Position numbers and translations under genes: made by a program
Notes under the pieces: model-generated
Database searches by the model: none
Seen by the model: the letters and a program-made list of their open reading frames with translations, nothing else
What the model was told of the DNA's origin: nothing
Part shown: positions 27,988 to 38,844 of the stretch, piece after piece
How the letters are laid out: every line of letters begins with the position of its first letter
Position numbering within the stretch: the first letter of the stretch is position 1
Assembly (NCBI GenBank): GCA_042572165.1
Contig: JBHPFF010000003.1
Coordinates: 1 to 56,233, forward strand
DNA from: Candidatus Latescibacterota bacterium
GTDB taxonomy: Bacteria; Latescibacterota; Latescibacteria; Latescibacterales; Latescibacteraceae
Length of the DNA: 56,233 bases
Direction of reading: 5' to 3'

Positions 27988-28992
27988 ATGTCAGAAAAAA
28001 AACACAACAACAATTCTGAATATTATTTTGAACTCGGTATCAGGGAATTGGATGCAGGCAACATAGAAAAAGCAATAGAGGCTTTTAAAAAATCCATACT
28101 GATCAATCCTGAATATCCGCGTTCGTACAATAACCTCGGTATTGCCTATGAACTCGTAAAGGATTTTGAAAAAGCCCGCAAGGCATATGAAAAAGCATTA
28201 GAACTAAATCCGGAAAATCCCTCAACGCTCAACAATCTCGCTGGTCTGTCACTACTACAGGGACAACCGCATGAAACGTTTGACCTGTATGATTCCGCCA
28301 TATCTTCGGATCCACTTTTTATTGAACCGTACCTTAATATTGCCAGACTGTTTATGGAGATGAGAAATTTTCCTTCTGCCGAATCTTATATACGAAAAGC
28401 TCTCGAAATTGAACCTGACAATGTGGAGTTACTCAACCTCCTCGGAGTTATCACTAATTCGACCGAGCGTTCAGCAGAAGCTGTCGCACATTTCCAGAAT
28501 GCTCTAAAAAAGGATGCAAATCAGGCATCTATCTTTTCCAACCTCGGTACCGCTTTAAGAAGGATCGGTGATCTGAAGCGTGCAATAATAGCTTTTGAAA
28601 AAGCAGGGGAACTAAATCCTAACAGCCTTACCATCTTGAATAATCTCGGAGTACTTAATCGTGAAACAGAGCAGCTTAACAAGGCCGAATACTTTTTCAA
28701 ACGTGCTATTAAATGTTACCCCGACAATCCGTTCCCGTATTTCAACCTGGCTGAACTTCATATTGAAATAGGTGATTACACCCTGGCACTTGAAAATTTG
28801 AAACAATATATTCTATTGGTTCCGCTTGACATGGATAATCTTTTCAAGACCTGCGGTATTGCACGAATGGCTGACAAACTCTTTTATGTTGTCAAGGAAA
28901 TGCACAGTTTCATAGAAGAAGCTGATTCTGAAGATCCGAGGGTGGAAATTGTCAAAAAATGGTTGAAAATGGCCAAGAATGCAGTACAATGA
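27988..28992 (+). CDS. Tetratricopeptide repeat protein
   Basis: About 8 TPR units (YNNLG..A..AL.L.P). Confidence 0.9.
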   Translation: MSEKKHNNNSEYYFELGIRELDAGNIEKAIEAFKKSILINPEYPRSYNNLGIAYELVKDFEKARKAYEKALELNPENPSTLNNLAGLSLLQGQPHETFDLYDSAISSDPLFIEPYLNIARLFMEMRNFPSAESYIRKALEIEPDNVELLNLLGVITNSTERSAEAVAHFQNALKKDANQASIFSNLGTALRRIGDLKRAIIAFEKAGELNPNSLTILNNLGVLNRETEQLNKAEYFFKRAIKCYPDNPFPYFNLAELHIEIGDYTLALENLKQYILLVPLDMDNLFKTCGIARMADKLFYVVKEMHSFIEEADSEDPRVEIVKKWLKMAKNAVQ

Positions 28993-29238
28993 TTTATTTT
29001 CTTCCCGCCTGTTTATTCAAGAGATATCTTTTATAGCGAATAAATACAATCGCTATCCTATCATTCCTGAAAGTGAAAAATTTATTCAATTTGTGTAAAA
29101 AATAAAATTGTTAAAAAAATAATTGTTTTATTCATTACTTTTCATTTAGTTAATCATACAACATTATACTAAAAATAGCTTGACATGCTTTTATAAACAA
29201 AGATATTGTACTAAACCCTTGAAAAGGATGGTTCAATA

Positions 29239-29790
29239 ATGCAGGAAGATTGGAATATCATATTAAGTATATTGGAATCGTCTGACAGTTCTCTTATCGG
29301 TCAACAAAAAGTTTTTTCAACATCTCCGATTACACTTGGGCGCGCGGAAACCAATGACATGGTCATTTTAGACCCTGCGGTTTCCAGAAATCATGCAATT
29401 ATTCGTGTCTCAGATGATTATACACGAGTTTTTATTACTGATTCAAGCACTTATGGAACCGAAGTTTCAGGTACAAAAGTTCCAAAAGGTCCCGGTTCCG
29501 GCTTTACTCTGACAAACGGAGATACCATCAAATTCGGGGCGACTGTACTTCGATATGAATACAAATTGAAACTGACCGCCCAAGCAACCTTTGTAGGTAA
29601 GATGGATAGAAACTTTTTAGACACTCCACCCTCTGATTCTTCCGAGATATCTCCCGAAAAAGAGGAAGAAATTATCACTGATGAAAAAATTACTGTTTCT
29701 GAAGATACCTCAAAAGGCTTAAATCCTATTTATATCGGTGTTATTATTGTATGTATACTAATCATTATCTATATTGCGTTCTTTCAATAA
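29239..29790 (+). CDS. FHA domain protein with C-terminal TM anchor
   Basis: ITLGR, VSRNHA, DSSTYGT, GDTIKFG; hydrophobic tail. Confidence 0.9.
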   Translation: MQEDWNIILSILESSDSSLIGQQKVFSTSPITLGRAETNDMVILDPAVSRNHAIIRVSDDYTRVFITDSSTYGTEVSGTKVPKGPGSGFTLTNGDTIKFGATVLRYEYKLKLTAQATFVGKMDRNFLDTPPSDSSEISPEKEEEIITDEKITVSEDTSKGLNPIYIGVIIVCILIIIYIAFFQ

Positions 29791-29824
29791 CTTATAATGA
29801 ATACTTTACGGAGAACTTACGATT

Positions 29825-30658
29825 ATGTTTATTATGAATCCTGCGGGACTATCCGACACAGGTCTAGTTCGGACTAAAAACGAAGATGCTTATGCTATTG
29901 AGCCCCCGTTGCTTATTGTAGCGGATGGTATGGGTGGTGCAGCTGCCGGTGAAGTTGCGAGTTCAACAGCAATTTCTATTATTACCAATGAACTCAAGAA
30001 TATTTCATATTTAAGCGACAACGAACTCACAAACGCCGTTCGACAAGCCATAATCAATGCGGACGATGAAATAAAAAAACAAACTAAGCAGGATACCAAA
30101 CTCATTGGAATGGGTACTACTGTCGTCTTGGCAATATACTGTGATAACCGTTTGTTAATTGGTAATGTCGGTGACTCAAGAGCATATCTAATAACCAACT
30201 TTTATCGTACTTCGCCATCACCATCAGATTCCACACCTCTTCCAAGCGATGCCACAGCCCAAACCGCTATACTTCAAACAATTAAAATCAGCGATTCAAA
30301 AGAAACAGGAAGCATCAGCCGTATAACCGAAGATCATTCCCTTGTCATGGAAATGGTTCGTTCAGGCGTTATTAAAGAGGAGGATATTCGCACACACCCC
30401 ATGCGCAATCGAATAACAAAGTGTGTCGGCAGCCTGCGTGATGATTTTGGAGATTTTACTTGGCTGGACATTCATGATGGTGATATTTTGATTATGTGCA
30501 GTGATGGGTTGTGGGAGCTGGTTCACGAGGATTTGATTTTTGCTATTGTTAGTTCTTCAAAAAAACCCGATGAAATGTGTAAAAGACTCATAGAAGCCGC
30601 AAACAATGCAGGAGGTTTCGACAACATCACTGTAATAGCCGCAGAGTTTAAAAAATAA
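29825..30658 (+). CDS. PP2C-family Ser/Thr phosphatase (Stp1/PppA-like)
   Basis: NED, VADGMGG, GMGTT, GDSRAY, CSDGL, GGFDNIT. Confidence 0.95.
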   Translation: MFIMNPAGLSDTGLVRTKNEDAYAIEPPLLIVADGMGGAAAGEVASSTAISIITNELKNISYLSDNELTNAVRQAIINADDEIKKQTKQDTKLIGMGTTVVLAIYCDNRLLIGNVGDSRAYLITNFYRTSPSPSDSTPLPSDATAQTAILQTIKISDSKETGSISRITEDHSLVMEMVRSGVIKEEDIRTHPMRNRITKCVGSLRDDFGDFTWLDIHDGDILIMCSDGLWELVHEDLIFAIVSSSKKPDEMCKRLIEAANNAGGFDNITVIAAEFKK

Positions 30659-30855
30659 ATAACTTCTTTTTATTTTTCCCTCAAATTAAGTGGAATTACA
30701 AGAATTATTCAATTAATTTCCGCAGGATGTTTGTGAATTAAAATTACATCACTCATTGTTACCCATCTTCTGAAAATAGAGGGGGGTGCTATCCATCTTA
30801 TCCTCCATTCGCCCGGCAAGTGAAGTGGTCAGGGGATAAGTTGCGTATGAAAAGA

Positions 30856-33270
30856 TTACCTTCTATCTCGAGCAATCCGAAAACCAAAATTTGCTCTTTT
30901 CTCGTCTGGACCACTGGGACCGCGAATTGCATTCCTTAATTGGTCAGGATTTGAGTTCCAGGCGCCACCTCGCACAACCCTTGTGTTTCCGGTTGAAGCT
31001 CCAGCCGGGTTTATTCTCAAACCAGATGAATAAGGGCCTAACAAGTCAGCACACCATTCCCACACATTCCCGTTGATATCGTTGAGACCGAATCTGCTTG
31101 CCGGAAACATTCCCGCTCTTGTCAGATATTTTTTCCATCCGTTACCATCCTCCCAGGGATGACTGAAATTTGCACGATTATTAGGATTATTACTTCCCCA
31201 TGAATATTTTTGTTTTTCAAGTCCACTTCTTGCGGCGTATTCCCATTCAGCTTCAGTCGGCAGCCGTGCATTCAACCATTTGGCAAATGCGGCAGCATCA
31301 TACCAGGAAACAAAAACTACCGGCCATTCAGGATGCATCAATTGAGTCTCCCATTCGTCTGGTTCGGGATGACCGGTAGCGCGAAGAAATACACCATAAT
31401 TTCCAACTGTAATTTCATTCTTTGACATTTCGAAGGATGAAACTGTAACACGATGAACAGGTCTGCTCATAAACTGTTCAGGCAAATCACCTATGAAATC
31501 TCCCATTTCAAAAGTTCCACCGGTAATAGGAACCCATGTAATGGTAACCGCTTCTTTTTGAGTTACAGGTTCTCGCTCACGAATAGTCTCCTTTATGGGA
31601 ATTTCAGGCTCGACTCTTGAGGCAATTTGAGAACTTTCAGGCTGAACTGAGGGTTTTTCTTCCCTTGGCGGGGTAATTTTAGAAGGGATAATAGCTTTTG
31701 GAGTTTCTACCTTATCCTGGACTTCCTCAGTTATACCAACTCTTGTCTCAGGTGAACGTGCTGCCCGTAACGGCTCTTTTGGAATTGGCTCCTCAGTTTT
31801 TGTTTGACGCACAGGAGCTTTTTCTTTTCGAGGTTCTATAACCGGAGGCTCTTTTCTGGCAGTTTCTTCCGTTCTTTGAGATCGAGTCTCTACGGGAGTG
31901 ACTTTTTCTTTTTCAGGAACTTTCCGAGTAACCTCGGCCCTGTCTCTAATTGATCTTTCTTCGATTGGTGGGGTGCGACGAGCACTTTTGGGCGCTATTT
32001 TTAAAACGTTTAGCTTCCAAATTGCAATCAATGCCAATAAACCTATAACTACAAGGCCGGCAACCCATATTGGAATTTCCATCCCTTCCTTTTTTTCAGG
32101 CTCAGATATTTTCTTTGATTTTTTCTTAACCTTTTTCATAATAGATGTATCACCGGTTGAGCCGGCAGGTACAGATTCGGGTTTCTTAGTTTTTGGGGTA
32201 CCAGACATAATTATTGTCTTATCACTATCCGGAGGCTCTTCCACTGATTTGGAAACTTTTTCTTTTTGTTCTTTTATTGGAGTTTTATCTGAGGGATCGG
32301 CAAGTATAGTATCATGGAGTGATTTCCCAAGTTCCATTGCACTCTGGTAACGTTTGTCAGAATCTTTATTCAGTGCCTTCATTATAATTTCTGACAGGGG
32401 AACCGAAACATCCTTATTAACCTCGTGTGGTAAAGGTGGATCAACATTTACCTGATTATACATCAGGGCAGCTTGATCAAGACCAGAGAATGGCGGATTC
32501 CCAATCGCCATTTCATATAGTACACATCCCAAACTATAAATATCAGATCTACCATCAACATTTCCGGTTTTGATTTGTTCCGGGCTCATATATTGGGGAG
32601 TTCCGATGAACATCCCTGCCTGTGACAACTGTGTGCCGTGCATTGCTTTTGCAATTCCAAAATCCAATACTATTGGCACGCGTTTTTTATTGATGAGAAT
32701 ATTTTCCGGTTTGATGTCACGGTGTATTACACCTTTTTCATGTGCATGCTGGAGACCAAAACATATTTGGATCGCCGTCCTTGCGATTATTTTAGGAGGA
32801 AGGGGGGCGCTTTTATTGATTATCTGGGAAAGTGAAACGCCCTCAATATACGCCATTGAATAGTAAGTGAACTCATCCTCTTTGTAAACATCATGAATTT
32901 GAATTATATTTGGATGCGACAGTTTTGCTGAAATTTTTGCTTCATGAAGGAACCTTTTTGCAAAATTTTCATCGTGTGAGAACTCCTGAGGTAAAAGTTT
33001 CAAGGCAACTTTACGTTCAAGTCGTTTATCCCAGGCAAGATAAACTATAGCCATTCCACCCCTTCCCAACTCCCGTATTATCTCATAACGATCAGAAACA
33101 TATCTTTTAAAACTTTCGGTATAGTTATTCATCATATCAACACCTGAGGATTCACCTGCATCCTGTTTTTTTGAAACAGATGTCTTTATATCCTTAGGTA
33201 AATCTAAACCGCAGTTAATACAGAATTCAGCTCCATCCCTGTTTTGCGAACCGCATTTATCACAAAACAT
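30856..33270 (-). CDS. Hanks-type Ser/Thr kinase: zinc ribbon - kinase - TM - Pro-rich linker - FGE/sulfatase-modifying domain
   Basis: CDKC..CINC; GRGGMA, VALK, HRDIKPEN, DFG, GTPQYMSPE; RLPTEAEWEYAAR, GNVWEW, GFR; ATG 33270 after GAGGTG (or GTG 33279). Confidence 0.95.
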   Translation of the reverse strand: MFCDKCGSQNRDGAEFCINCGLDLPKDIKTSVSKKQDAGESSGVDMMNNYTESFKRYVSDRYEIIRELGRGGMAIVYLAWDKRLERKVALKLLPQEFSHDENFAKRFLHEAKISAKLSHPNIIQIHDVYKEDEFTYYSMAYIEGVSLSQIINKSAPLPPKIIARTAIQICFGLQHAHEKGVIHRDIKPENILINKKRVPIVLDFGIAKAMHGTQLSQAGMFIGTPQYMSPEQIKTGNVDGRSDIYSLGCVLYEMAIGNPPFSGLDQAALMYNQVNVDPPLPHEVNKDVSVPLSEIIMKALNKDSDKRYQSAMELGKSLHDTILADPSDKTPIKEQKEKVSKSVEEPPDSDKTIIMSGTPKTKKPESVPAGSTGDTSIMKKVKKKSKKISEPEKKEGMEIPIWVAGLVVIGLLALIAIWKLNVLKIAPKSARRTPPIEERSIRDRAEVTRKVPEKEKVTPVETRSQRTEETARKEPPVIEPRKEKAPVRQTKTEEPIPKEPLRAARSPETRVGITEEVQDKVETPKAIIPSKITPPREEKPSVQPESSQIASRVEPEIPIKETIREREPVTQKEAVTITWVPITGGTFEMGDFIGDLPEQFMSRPVHRVTVSSFEMSKNEITVGNYGVFLRATGHPEPDEWETQLMHPEWPVVFVSWYDAAAFAKWLNARLPTEAEWEYAARSGLEKQKYSWGSNNPNNRANFSHPWEDGNGWKKYLTRAGMFPASRFGLNDINGNVWEWCADLLGPYSSGLRINPAGASTGNTRVVRGGAWNSNPDQLRNAIRGPSGPDEKRANFGFRIARDRR

Positions 33271-33647
33271 ATATTTCACCTCATTTTCAGGGCAATTTTA
33301 AAAATATTTTCGATCCGATATAAAAACAATTATCTAATGTAATATTTATTCATAATTTTTTATGAAGTCAATATATTTTTAATATTATTAAAAAACTTTT
33401 ACTTCTTATGAATATAATAAGAAACTTTTTCCTCTATTAAGATTTTAATTTCTTAGAAATATGAAAATATTTTATAAGAATTAATATTAATAATTACTTT
33501 ATATATACTCCATAACATATTGTATTCCAACATATAATATGATTAAATAACAAAATATTGAATAAAAATTATTATTTTGGCAAATATATTGCTTATCTTA
33601 ACAAATATACTTTATATAGTATATTTTAAACAATTCTTGAGGCTTTT

Positions 33648-34985
33648 ATGAATACATACACTTTCCGTTATTTTTGTTTACTATTTCTGGTGTCATGTTC
33701 CTTTGGATTTGCATCCATTTCATCAGCTCAGGAAGATAGACCCTCAGGAAGTATCGTAAGTATCTCCGGGAAAACTGTTATCGCACAATTCAAAGATGCT
33801 GATATCAGCGTGGGTGACGAAGTCGAAATTGAGCGAAGTAGTGAAATCGTTGATCCAATATCTGGTATAGTACGCGGTGGTAGTACAGAAATAATTGCCA
33901 GAGGTGTTATAGAAGATTTCGGTCTTGGAAAGGCGCAAATAAAAATTCTTGAAGAACTTACCGATCAAAAGATAACCAAAAGCGATGTGGTTGTTCTTAC
34001 CGGTTCAGAGAAAAGTATAACAAGAAGTGCAGAATCCATAGATCAGGTGCTGAATGATACATCTTTTGAGCCGCCCACTTACGGTGATTTAGAGGAAGTT
34101 GACGTTGAAAATGATGAAATTGTCACATCTCTCGGAGCAGATAATAATATCAGCGAAGGTGATTTTTTCCTAATTCAGCGTACTGAATCTACCTATGATC
34201 CCGAAACAAATGTGATTACCGGCACAACCGAAATTAATGTCGGACGAGGCATTGTGAATTCAGTAACTGAAAAATCAAGTGTGATAAAGAATCTAGATTT
34301 GAAAATGGAGCCTAAAGATTCCGATAAGGTTGTAAAAGAATCTGAGTATTTGGAATATCAGGAAAAAATACATTCTGATGCCGGAAAAATACACCAGTTA
34401 CTTGCCGAAGTGGATGAATTGAAATTCGAAGTGCAGACACTTAAAACGACACTTGACAGCCTTGGTTATAATCACAGCCAACACTTAAATGATTTCGAAA
34501 CATTGAAAACTGATATTGAAACTGTACTCACTCAACTTATGTCCGGTGATATCAGGGGATCAAAAATCATCATTAAAAATGATGAACCGATAAATTTAAA
34601 TGATACTTCAAACCTGTTCAAATATTATCAACAGGCATTGGATAAGTGTCTTGATCATAAATTTCAGGAAGCCATCCGGGAATTTGAATATATTATTGAG
34701 CAATTCCCTGATTCCAAGCTTACCGAAAATTGCAGATACTGGAGAGCCCAGTCGTTTTTCTCTATGAAAGATTATCCCAAAGCAGAAGTTGGTTATAAAG
34801 AGATTATTGATGACACCCGCTTTACACATAAGGATGATGATTCATCAATAATGCTGGGAATCACCTATTATCTATTGAATAATCACTCAGAGGCACTCAC
34901 GGAATTCAAAAAGTTCATTCAGATGTACCCTGAAAGTGAATATAATAACAAGGTTATTTACTGGATCAATCGGCTTTCTTCATAA
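33648..34985 (+). CDS. Exported protein: two FlgT-C-like repeats, coiled coil, CpoB/YbgF-like TPR
   Basis: Signal peptide; EIVDPISG and TYDPETN repeats; FPDSKLTENCRYW, YPESEY. Confidence 0.7.
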   Translation: MNTYTFRYFCLLFLVSCSFGFASISSAQEDRPSGSIVSISGKTVIAQFKDADISVGDEVEIERSSEIVDPISGIVRGGSTEIIARGVIEDFGLGKAQIKILEELTDQKITKSDVVVLTGSEKSITRSAESIDQVLNDTSFEPPTYGDLEEVDVENDEIVTSLGADNNISEGDFFLIQRTESTYDPETNVITGTTEINVGRGIVNSVTEKSSVIKNLDLKMEPKDSDKVVKESEYLEYQEKIHSDAGKIHQLLAEVDELKFEVQTLKTTLDSLGYNHSQHLNDFETLKTDIETVLTQLMSGDIRGSKIIIKNDEPINLNDTSNLFKYYQQALDKCLDHKFQEAIREFEYIIEQFPDSKLTENCRYWRAQSFFSMKDYPKAEVGYKEIIDDTRFTHKDDDSSIMLGITYYLLNNHSEALTEFKKFIQMYPESEYNNKVIYWINRLSS

Positions 34986-35005
34986 TAAATGAAAGGTTAT
35001 ATGGT

Positions 35006-36151
35006 ATGAAATGGCGATTAGTTACACTAATTATAATATTTTCAATGATTATTTACGGATGCGGTTCAACGGTGTCATATTACAAACGTGGTGTTCAATA
35101 TGAGGTTGAAGGGAAATATGCTAAAGCGATTGAAGCATATAATAAATCCCTTAAACACGATACATCATATGCCCTCTCCTATTTTGGATTAGGGAACGTT
35201 TACGCAAAAAACAAACGATGGGATGAGGCACTGAGTAATTTACTTGAGGCTGAACGTCTTGGAATAGACGATCAGGAATTTCACATGTTGCTCGGCTCAG
35301 TGTATGAAGCCCTCAATCAAATAGAGCTTGCAGCTGAAGAATATGGAAAAGCCATCAAAAACCGACCCGACGATGTATATGCTCATCTTACACTAGGTAA
35401 AAACCTTGAAAAAACCGGTAATTATGAAGGGGCACTCAATGAATACAATGCCGCCATCGCCATATCGATAGATTTTCATGAAGCTTATTTTCACAGTGCG
35501 CGTATACTGTATAAATTAAACAGGTTAAAAGAAGCGGAAGAAACTTATTTTCAGGCAATAAATTTTAAAAAACGATATCCACAAGCACAGAATAATCTCA
35601 CCGTTCTTTATCTGAACACAAATCAGATCATGAAAGCATATGAATCTGCGCTGAAGACGCTGGATATGAATACGGGATATGTCCCAGGGATTGTCAATCT
35701 GGGTGTGGTACATGAAATTATGGGAAATAAGAAAACTGCTGAGCGCTGTTTCAAAAATGCAGTTGAGCGGGATAATGAATATGCCATGGGGCATTTTCGC
35801 CTCGGGATGCTGATGATAGAGGACGGCAGAAAAGAAGATGGCCAACGTGAGCTCGAAATGGCAGTTATGGCCAATCCGGATTTTGCTCAGCCATATAATG
35901 AACTTGGACTGCTGTTACTTGAAAACGGAGACTATAAGAAATCACTTGAACTGCTAAATAATGCCGTACACATCGACTCAACCTATGCTAATGCGTATTA
36001 CAATATGGCTGGCATCCTCGCCAACACCAGCGAATACCTTAAAGCTGCAGAATCTTATAATAAATACCTCAGATACGCAAATTCACCAGAAGATACAGAG
36101 GATGTTGTTGCACGCATCAAAATACTTATGGCTGCGGATAAGAATAAATAA
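35006..36151 (+). CDS. TPR lipoprotein
   Basis: Lipobox IYGC; about 9-10 TPR units. Confidence 0.88.
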   Translation: MKWRLVTLIIIFSMIIYGCGSTVSYYKRGVQYEVEGKYAKAIEAYNKSLKHDTSYALSYFGLGNVYAKNKRWDEALSNLLEAERLGIDDQEFHMLLGSVYEALNQIELAAEEYGKAIKNRPDDVYAHLTLGKNLEKTGNYEGALNEYNAAIAISIDFHEAYFHSARILYKLNRLKEAEETYFQAINFKKRYPQAQNNLTVLYLNTNQIMKAYESALKTLDMNTGYVPGIVNLGVVHEIMGNKKTAERCFKNAVERDNEYAMGHFRLGMLMIEDGRKEDGQRELEMAVMANPDFAQPYNELGLLLLENGDYKKSLELLNNAVHIDSTYANAYYNMAGILANTSEYLKAAESYNKYLRYANSPEDTEDVVARIKILMAADKNK

Positions 36152-36249
36152 CTCACATATTCTTGAAATATGCCAAATTTGGGGAAGAATTGATTGTAGT
36201 ACTACATAAAAAAATATCTCTACTTTATTAGTTATAAAGAGGTTAATAA

Positions 36250-36627
36250 CTATAGTGATGCCATAATTTCATCAATTTTGGCATTAAGTGTTTTTGCATC
36301 AAAAGGTTTGACTAAATAGCCGTTAACCCCTGATTTAATTGCGTTTACAATATCTTCTTTCATATTTCTTGTCGATACCATAAGGATGGGAATATCTTTC
36401 AATTCATCATCAGCACGAATGGCTTGAGTCAGTTCAATACCATTCATGTTCGGCATATTCCAATCGGTCATAAGGAAATCAAAATCTCCTGCCATCAATT
36501 TCGCCAAAGCATCTCTTCCATCTTCAGCTTCTTTAATATCTGAATATCCCGCTTTCTGTACCGTATTGATAAGTATACGACGCATAGTTGGGGAACCGTC
36601 CACGACTAATATTTTAAGATTAGCCAA
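36250..36627 (-). CDS. cheY: CheY-like single-domain response regulator
   Basis: DWNMPNMNG, IPILMVS, YLVKPF; VVDG in place of VVDD; TTG start with AGGAG. Confidence 0.85.
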   Translation of the reverse strand: MANLKILVVDGSPTMRRILINTVQKAGYSDIKEAEDGRDALAKLMAGDFDFLMTDWNMPNMNGIELTQAIRADDELKDIPILMVSTRNMKEDIVNAIKSGVNGYLVKPFDAKTLNAKIDEIMASL

Positions 36628-36660
36628 GGCAACTTCTCCTTTCTACTGAATTATTCGATA

Positions 36661-38067
36661 TTATTTTGAAATTCTTACTATTTCACCTTTGCTTATTTTA
36701 AAAATTGAAGGTCCTGTTTTATCATCAACAACAATAAATTGTTGACCGATATAAATTTTTACTTTAGGATAGACAGCAATGTTTGCAGTTGCAATTGCCT
36801 TTTCTACATCTTTCAGCTGTTCCTGCAGTTTTTCATGTTTTTTCTCTAATAATTGCATTTTTTCAGGAATAGCTTCTTTTGCTTTCTTAAGTTTTTCAAG
36901 AAGAGCCTCTTTTTCCGGAGGGAGTTTACTGTTTCCATCAATCTTTTGCTTATAAAGAAATACTATACTCTTTTCAAGTTTTTCCTCTGATTCTCTTGTT
37001 TGTTCTATTTCATTCTCGACATTTTTAATATTTTTAGCAAGTTTAGGATCGATACCCACAGAAATGAGCGTTGAAGTATAAGCTTCTGAACCGAATTTGT
37101 AAGCTTCAATGGAAACTTTTGCTTCGCAATGTCCCCCAACTATCGTGCCTTTTCGTCCTTTTGAAATTATCGAACGACCCGCGCTAAGATTTGAATGATA
37201 AGACTCGCCGTTAATGGTAATATCGCGATCTGCCACTATTTTCTGGTTTTCCACAAATTTAACGAACACATCATTTTTCGCACTAACAATACCCTGACCG
37301 CTTCCGGCAAAACCACCCATAATAACTACATCATTCCCAGCAATTATTTCCGCATCTTCGACATTCCCTTTAATTTCAATATCACCATTCGCTTCTGCTT
37401 TGAATCCTCCTTTTACAGAGCCATGTATTTTTATTGACCCGTCAAATTTAAGATTACCGGTAGAATAATCAACATCACCGTTAACTATATGAACCTCTGA
37501 TATTTGTACACTTCCTTTTATTACAAGTATCTCACCCTCGCGACTAGCAATCACAAGATTTTTATCGTTTTTATCGAACTCAGTTCCAGAACCTAATACT
37601 ATTTTCAAATCTCTTCCCAAAATTCCGGGTATTTCATTACCCAGAACGTCAAAACCAGATTTGCCTACAGTCGGTGGAATCCTTTTATAAAGTTTCTGTC
37701 CTTCTTTTGCTGAGGGAATTTCTCCTAGATTGCGGAAATCAATACTTCCATCTTCTTTTTCAATAGCTATACGGTTTTTCTTTATTTCAAAATATGATTC
37801 AATACGTGCTTTCGTTCCCTGTTCAGGTGGTATCGCTTCAGCTAAAATAATAGTTCTAAGGAGTTTTTGGCTTTGACACATCCTTTCAATTATTTCTTTA
37901 TTAATACCTGTATTTACACCTTTGGATTCTAAATTTGATAAAACTTCTTCAACACTTAGATTCTTTCCTTTACCCTGTGCAGGTGCAAAATTTGCTATTA
38001 CTTTTAAATTTTTGCCTGAAATTTTATAATCAAATTGAGCATCTCTATCTCGCATAATAATACCCAA
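36661..38067 (-). CDS. DUF342/FapA family protein
   Basis: DGSIDFRNLG, GDVDYSTGNLKFDG, beta-helix and coiled coil; start 38067 or 38055. Confidence 0.92.
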   Translation of the reverse strand: MGIIMRDRDAQFDYKISGKNLKVIANFAPAQGKGKNLSVEEVLSNLESKGVNTGINKEIIERMCQSQKLLRTIILAEAIPPEQGTKARIESYFEIKKNRIAIEKEDGSIDFRNLGEIPSAKEGQKLYKRIPPTVGKSGFDVLGNEIPGILGRDLKIVLGSGTEFDKNDKNLVIASREGEILVIKGSVQISEVHIVNGDVDYSTGNLKFDGSIKIHGSVKGGFKAEANGDIEIKGNVEDAEIIAGNDVVIMGGFAGSGQGIVSAKNDVFVKFVENQKIVADRDITINGESYHSNLSAGRSIISKGRKGTIVGGHCEAKVSIEAYKFGSEAYTSTLISVGIDPKLAKNIKNVENEIEQTRESEEKLEKSIVFLYKQKIDGNSKLPPEKEALLEKLKKAKEAIPEKMQLLEKKHEKLQEQLKDVEKAIATANIAVYPKVKIYIGQQFIVVDDKTGPSIFKISKGEIVRISK

Positions 38068-38120
38068 GCATTAATAATCTAATATATTTAGTATATCATG
38101 ATAACGTGGATTATAATTAT

Positions 38121-38356
38121 TTATTTTTTTTCCTTTTTTAACTGATTTAATATTGAGGTAACATCGGATTGACCGTCCTCACCAAATATACCTTTCTCAT
38201 CTATTTCTGTTATTTCCGCATCAAGTGAATCATCTTTCGTTTTGTCTTTAGAAGAAGGAGATCCATCTTTTATTTTGCTTCTTTTGTCTTCTTGGCTACA
38301 AATGAATCATTATCGGCGATATCTTTCTGATTTATTTCTATTCCATTTTAATTCAT
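38121..38356 (-). pseudogene. Disrupted small acidic gene upstream of FapA
   Basis: ATG AAT TAA, a frameshift, then ..DSLDAEITEIDEKGIFGEDGQSDVTSILNQLKKEKK*. Confidence 0.45.
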
Positions 38357-38844
38357 TTTAATATAAAAAAACAAAGCAATTTTTGCCAATAATAATTAAT
38401 ATTTTGTTAAAAAAAGCACCCTATGAAAAATCTTTTAATTATAAATTAAATATTATAAATTTTTAATGATTACACAATAATTTTTTTAAGTTTAAATAGT
38501 GTATTTACTATTTGACCTTTAAACGTCATATCATATAAAATCTCTCTCGCTTTTCGGTTATATAATGTGATATTTATATATTTACAGGAATAATAAGCAG
38601 TTAAGTTCTGAAGTATTACACAAAATAATCCGAAACCTACATGACTGATATCTGTAATTTTCATTGACCACTCCTACCATGTTTTTTATATTAACATATA
38701 GTATGAAATTTTCTCTGACAAATTTTCATTCTCTTTTTTATTATTATTACTATTTAAAATTAAGCTACTATATGCCGGATAATACCGACAGTTTTTATGT
38801 TTATAGAAAAATTTAAAATCTTCTAAAGCTATTTTGGGGGAACC

